DNA from: Octopus sinensis | Lineage: Eukaryota | Assembly (NCBI RefSeq): GCF_006345805.1 | Contig: NC_043002.1 | Location: 15,376,001 to 15,440,000, forward strand | Reading direction: 5' to 3' | DNA: 64,000 bases | Part shown: one piece after another, positions 63,803 to 64,000 of the stretch | How positions within the stretch are numbered: the stretch's first letter is position 1 | Layout: every line of letters begins with the position of its first letter | The notes under the pieces: model-generated | Seen by the model: only the letters and a program-made list of their open reading frames with translations | What the model was told of the DNA's origin: nothing | Databases searched by the model: none | Position numbers and translations under genes: made by a program

Positions 63803-64000
63803 GAAACTAAGTGAAACTAAAATACTCCAATAGCATCAGTAGTAATACCTCTCCATAGTTACATTGCTTAGTGAGAACAGGTGTTCAAGACCAAAAACTA
63901 GAATAACAAGAGTATTTATAAAGCCGTGAAGAAAATATATCAGGACAACGTTAAAAATCACAAGTGTGACCACAAGTGTCAAAACCAGTGGTAAACTCTC

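Overview
AT-rich, microsatellite-dense animal genomic DNA. The tRNA-derived SINE families are those typical of Octopus, so an octopod genome is inferred. No intact host gene, rRNA, tRNA gene or CRISPR array is supported; only a few low-confidence candidate exons. The window is a transposon mosaic: at least five SINE types, CR1/L2-group, Dong/R4, RTE and Tx1/L1-like non-LTR remnants, a decayed Gypsy pol with its 3' LTR, mariner and DD37D-type DNA transposons, three Helitrons, and about ten Penelope-like element (PLE) pieces. Three patterns stand out. (1) The PLE pieces nearly all abut (TA)n, five form fold-back palindromes, and several carry hammerhead ribozyme cores; the best is on the minus strand at 52788-52830. 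(2) A roughly 2 kb insert encoding only an ORF1/Gag-like protein (CCHC knuckle, no ORF2, 'half-L1'-like) splits a SINE head. (3) Short flank inversions centred on (TA)n recur. Most ORFs in the supplied track are microsatellite or repeat artefacts. Coordinates were read by eye; boundaries without a TSD or TIR are approximate.
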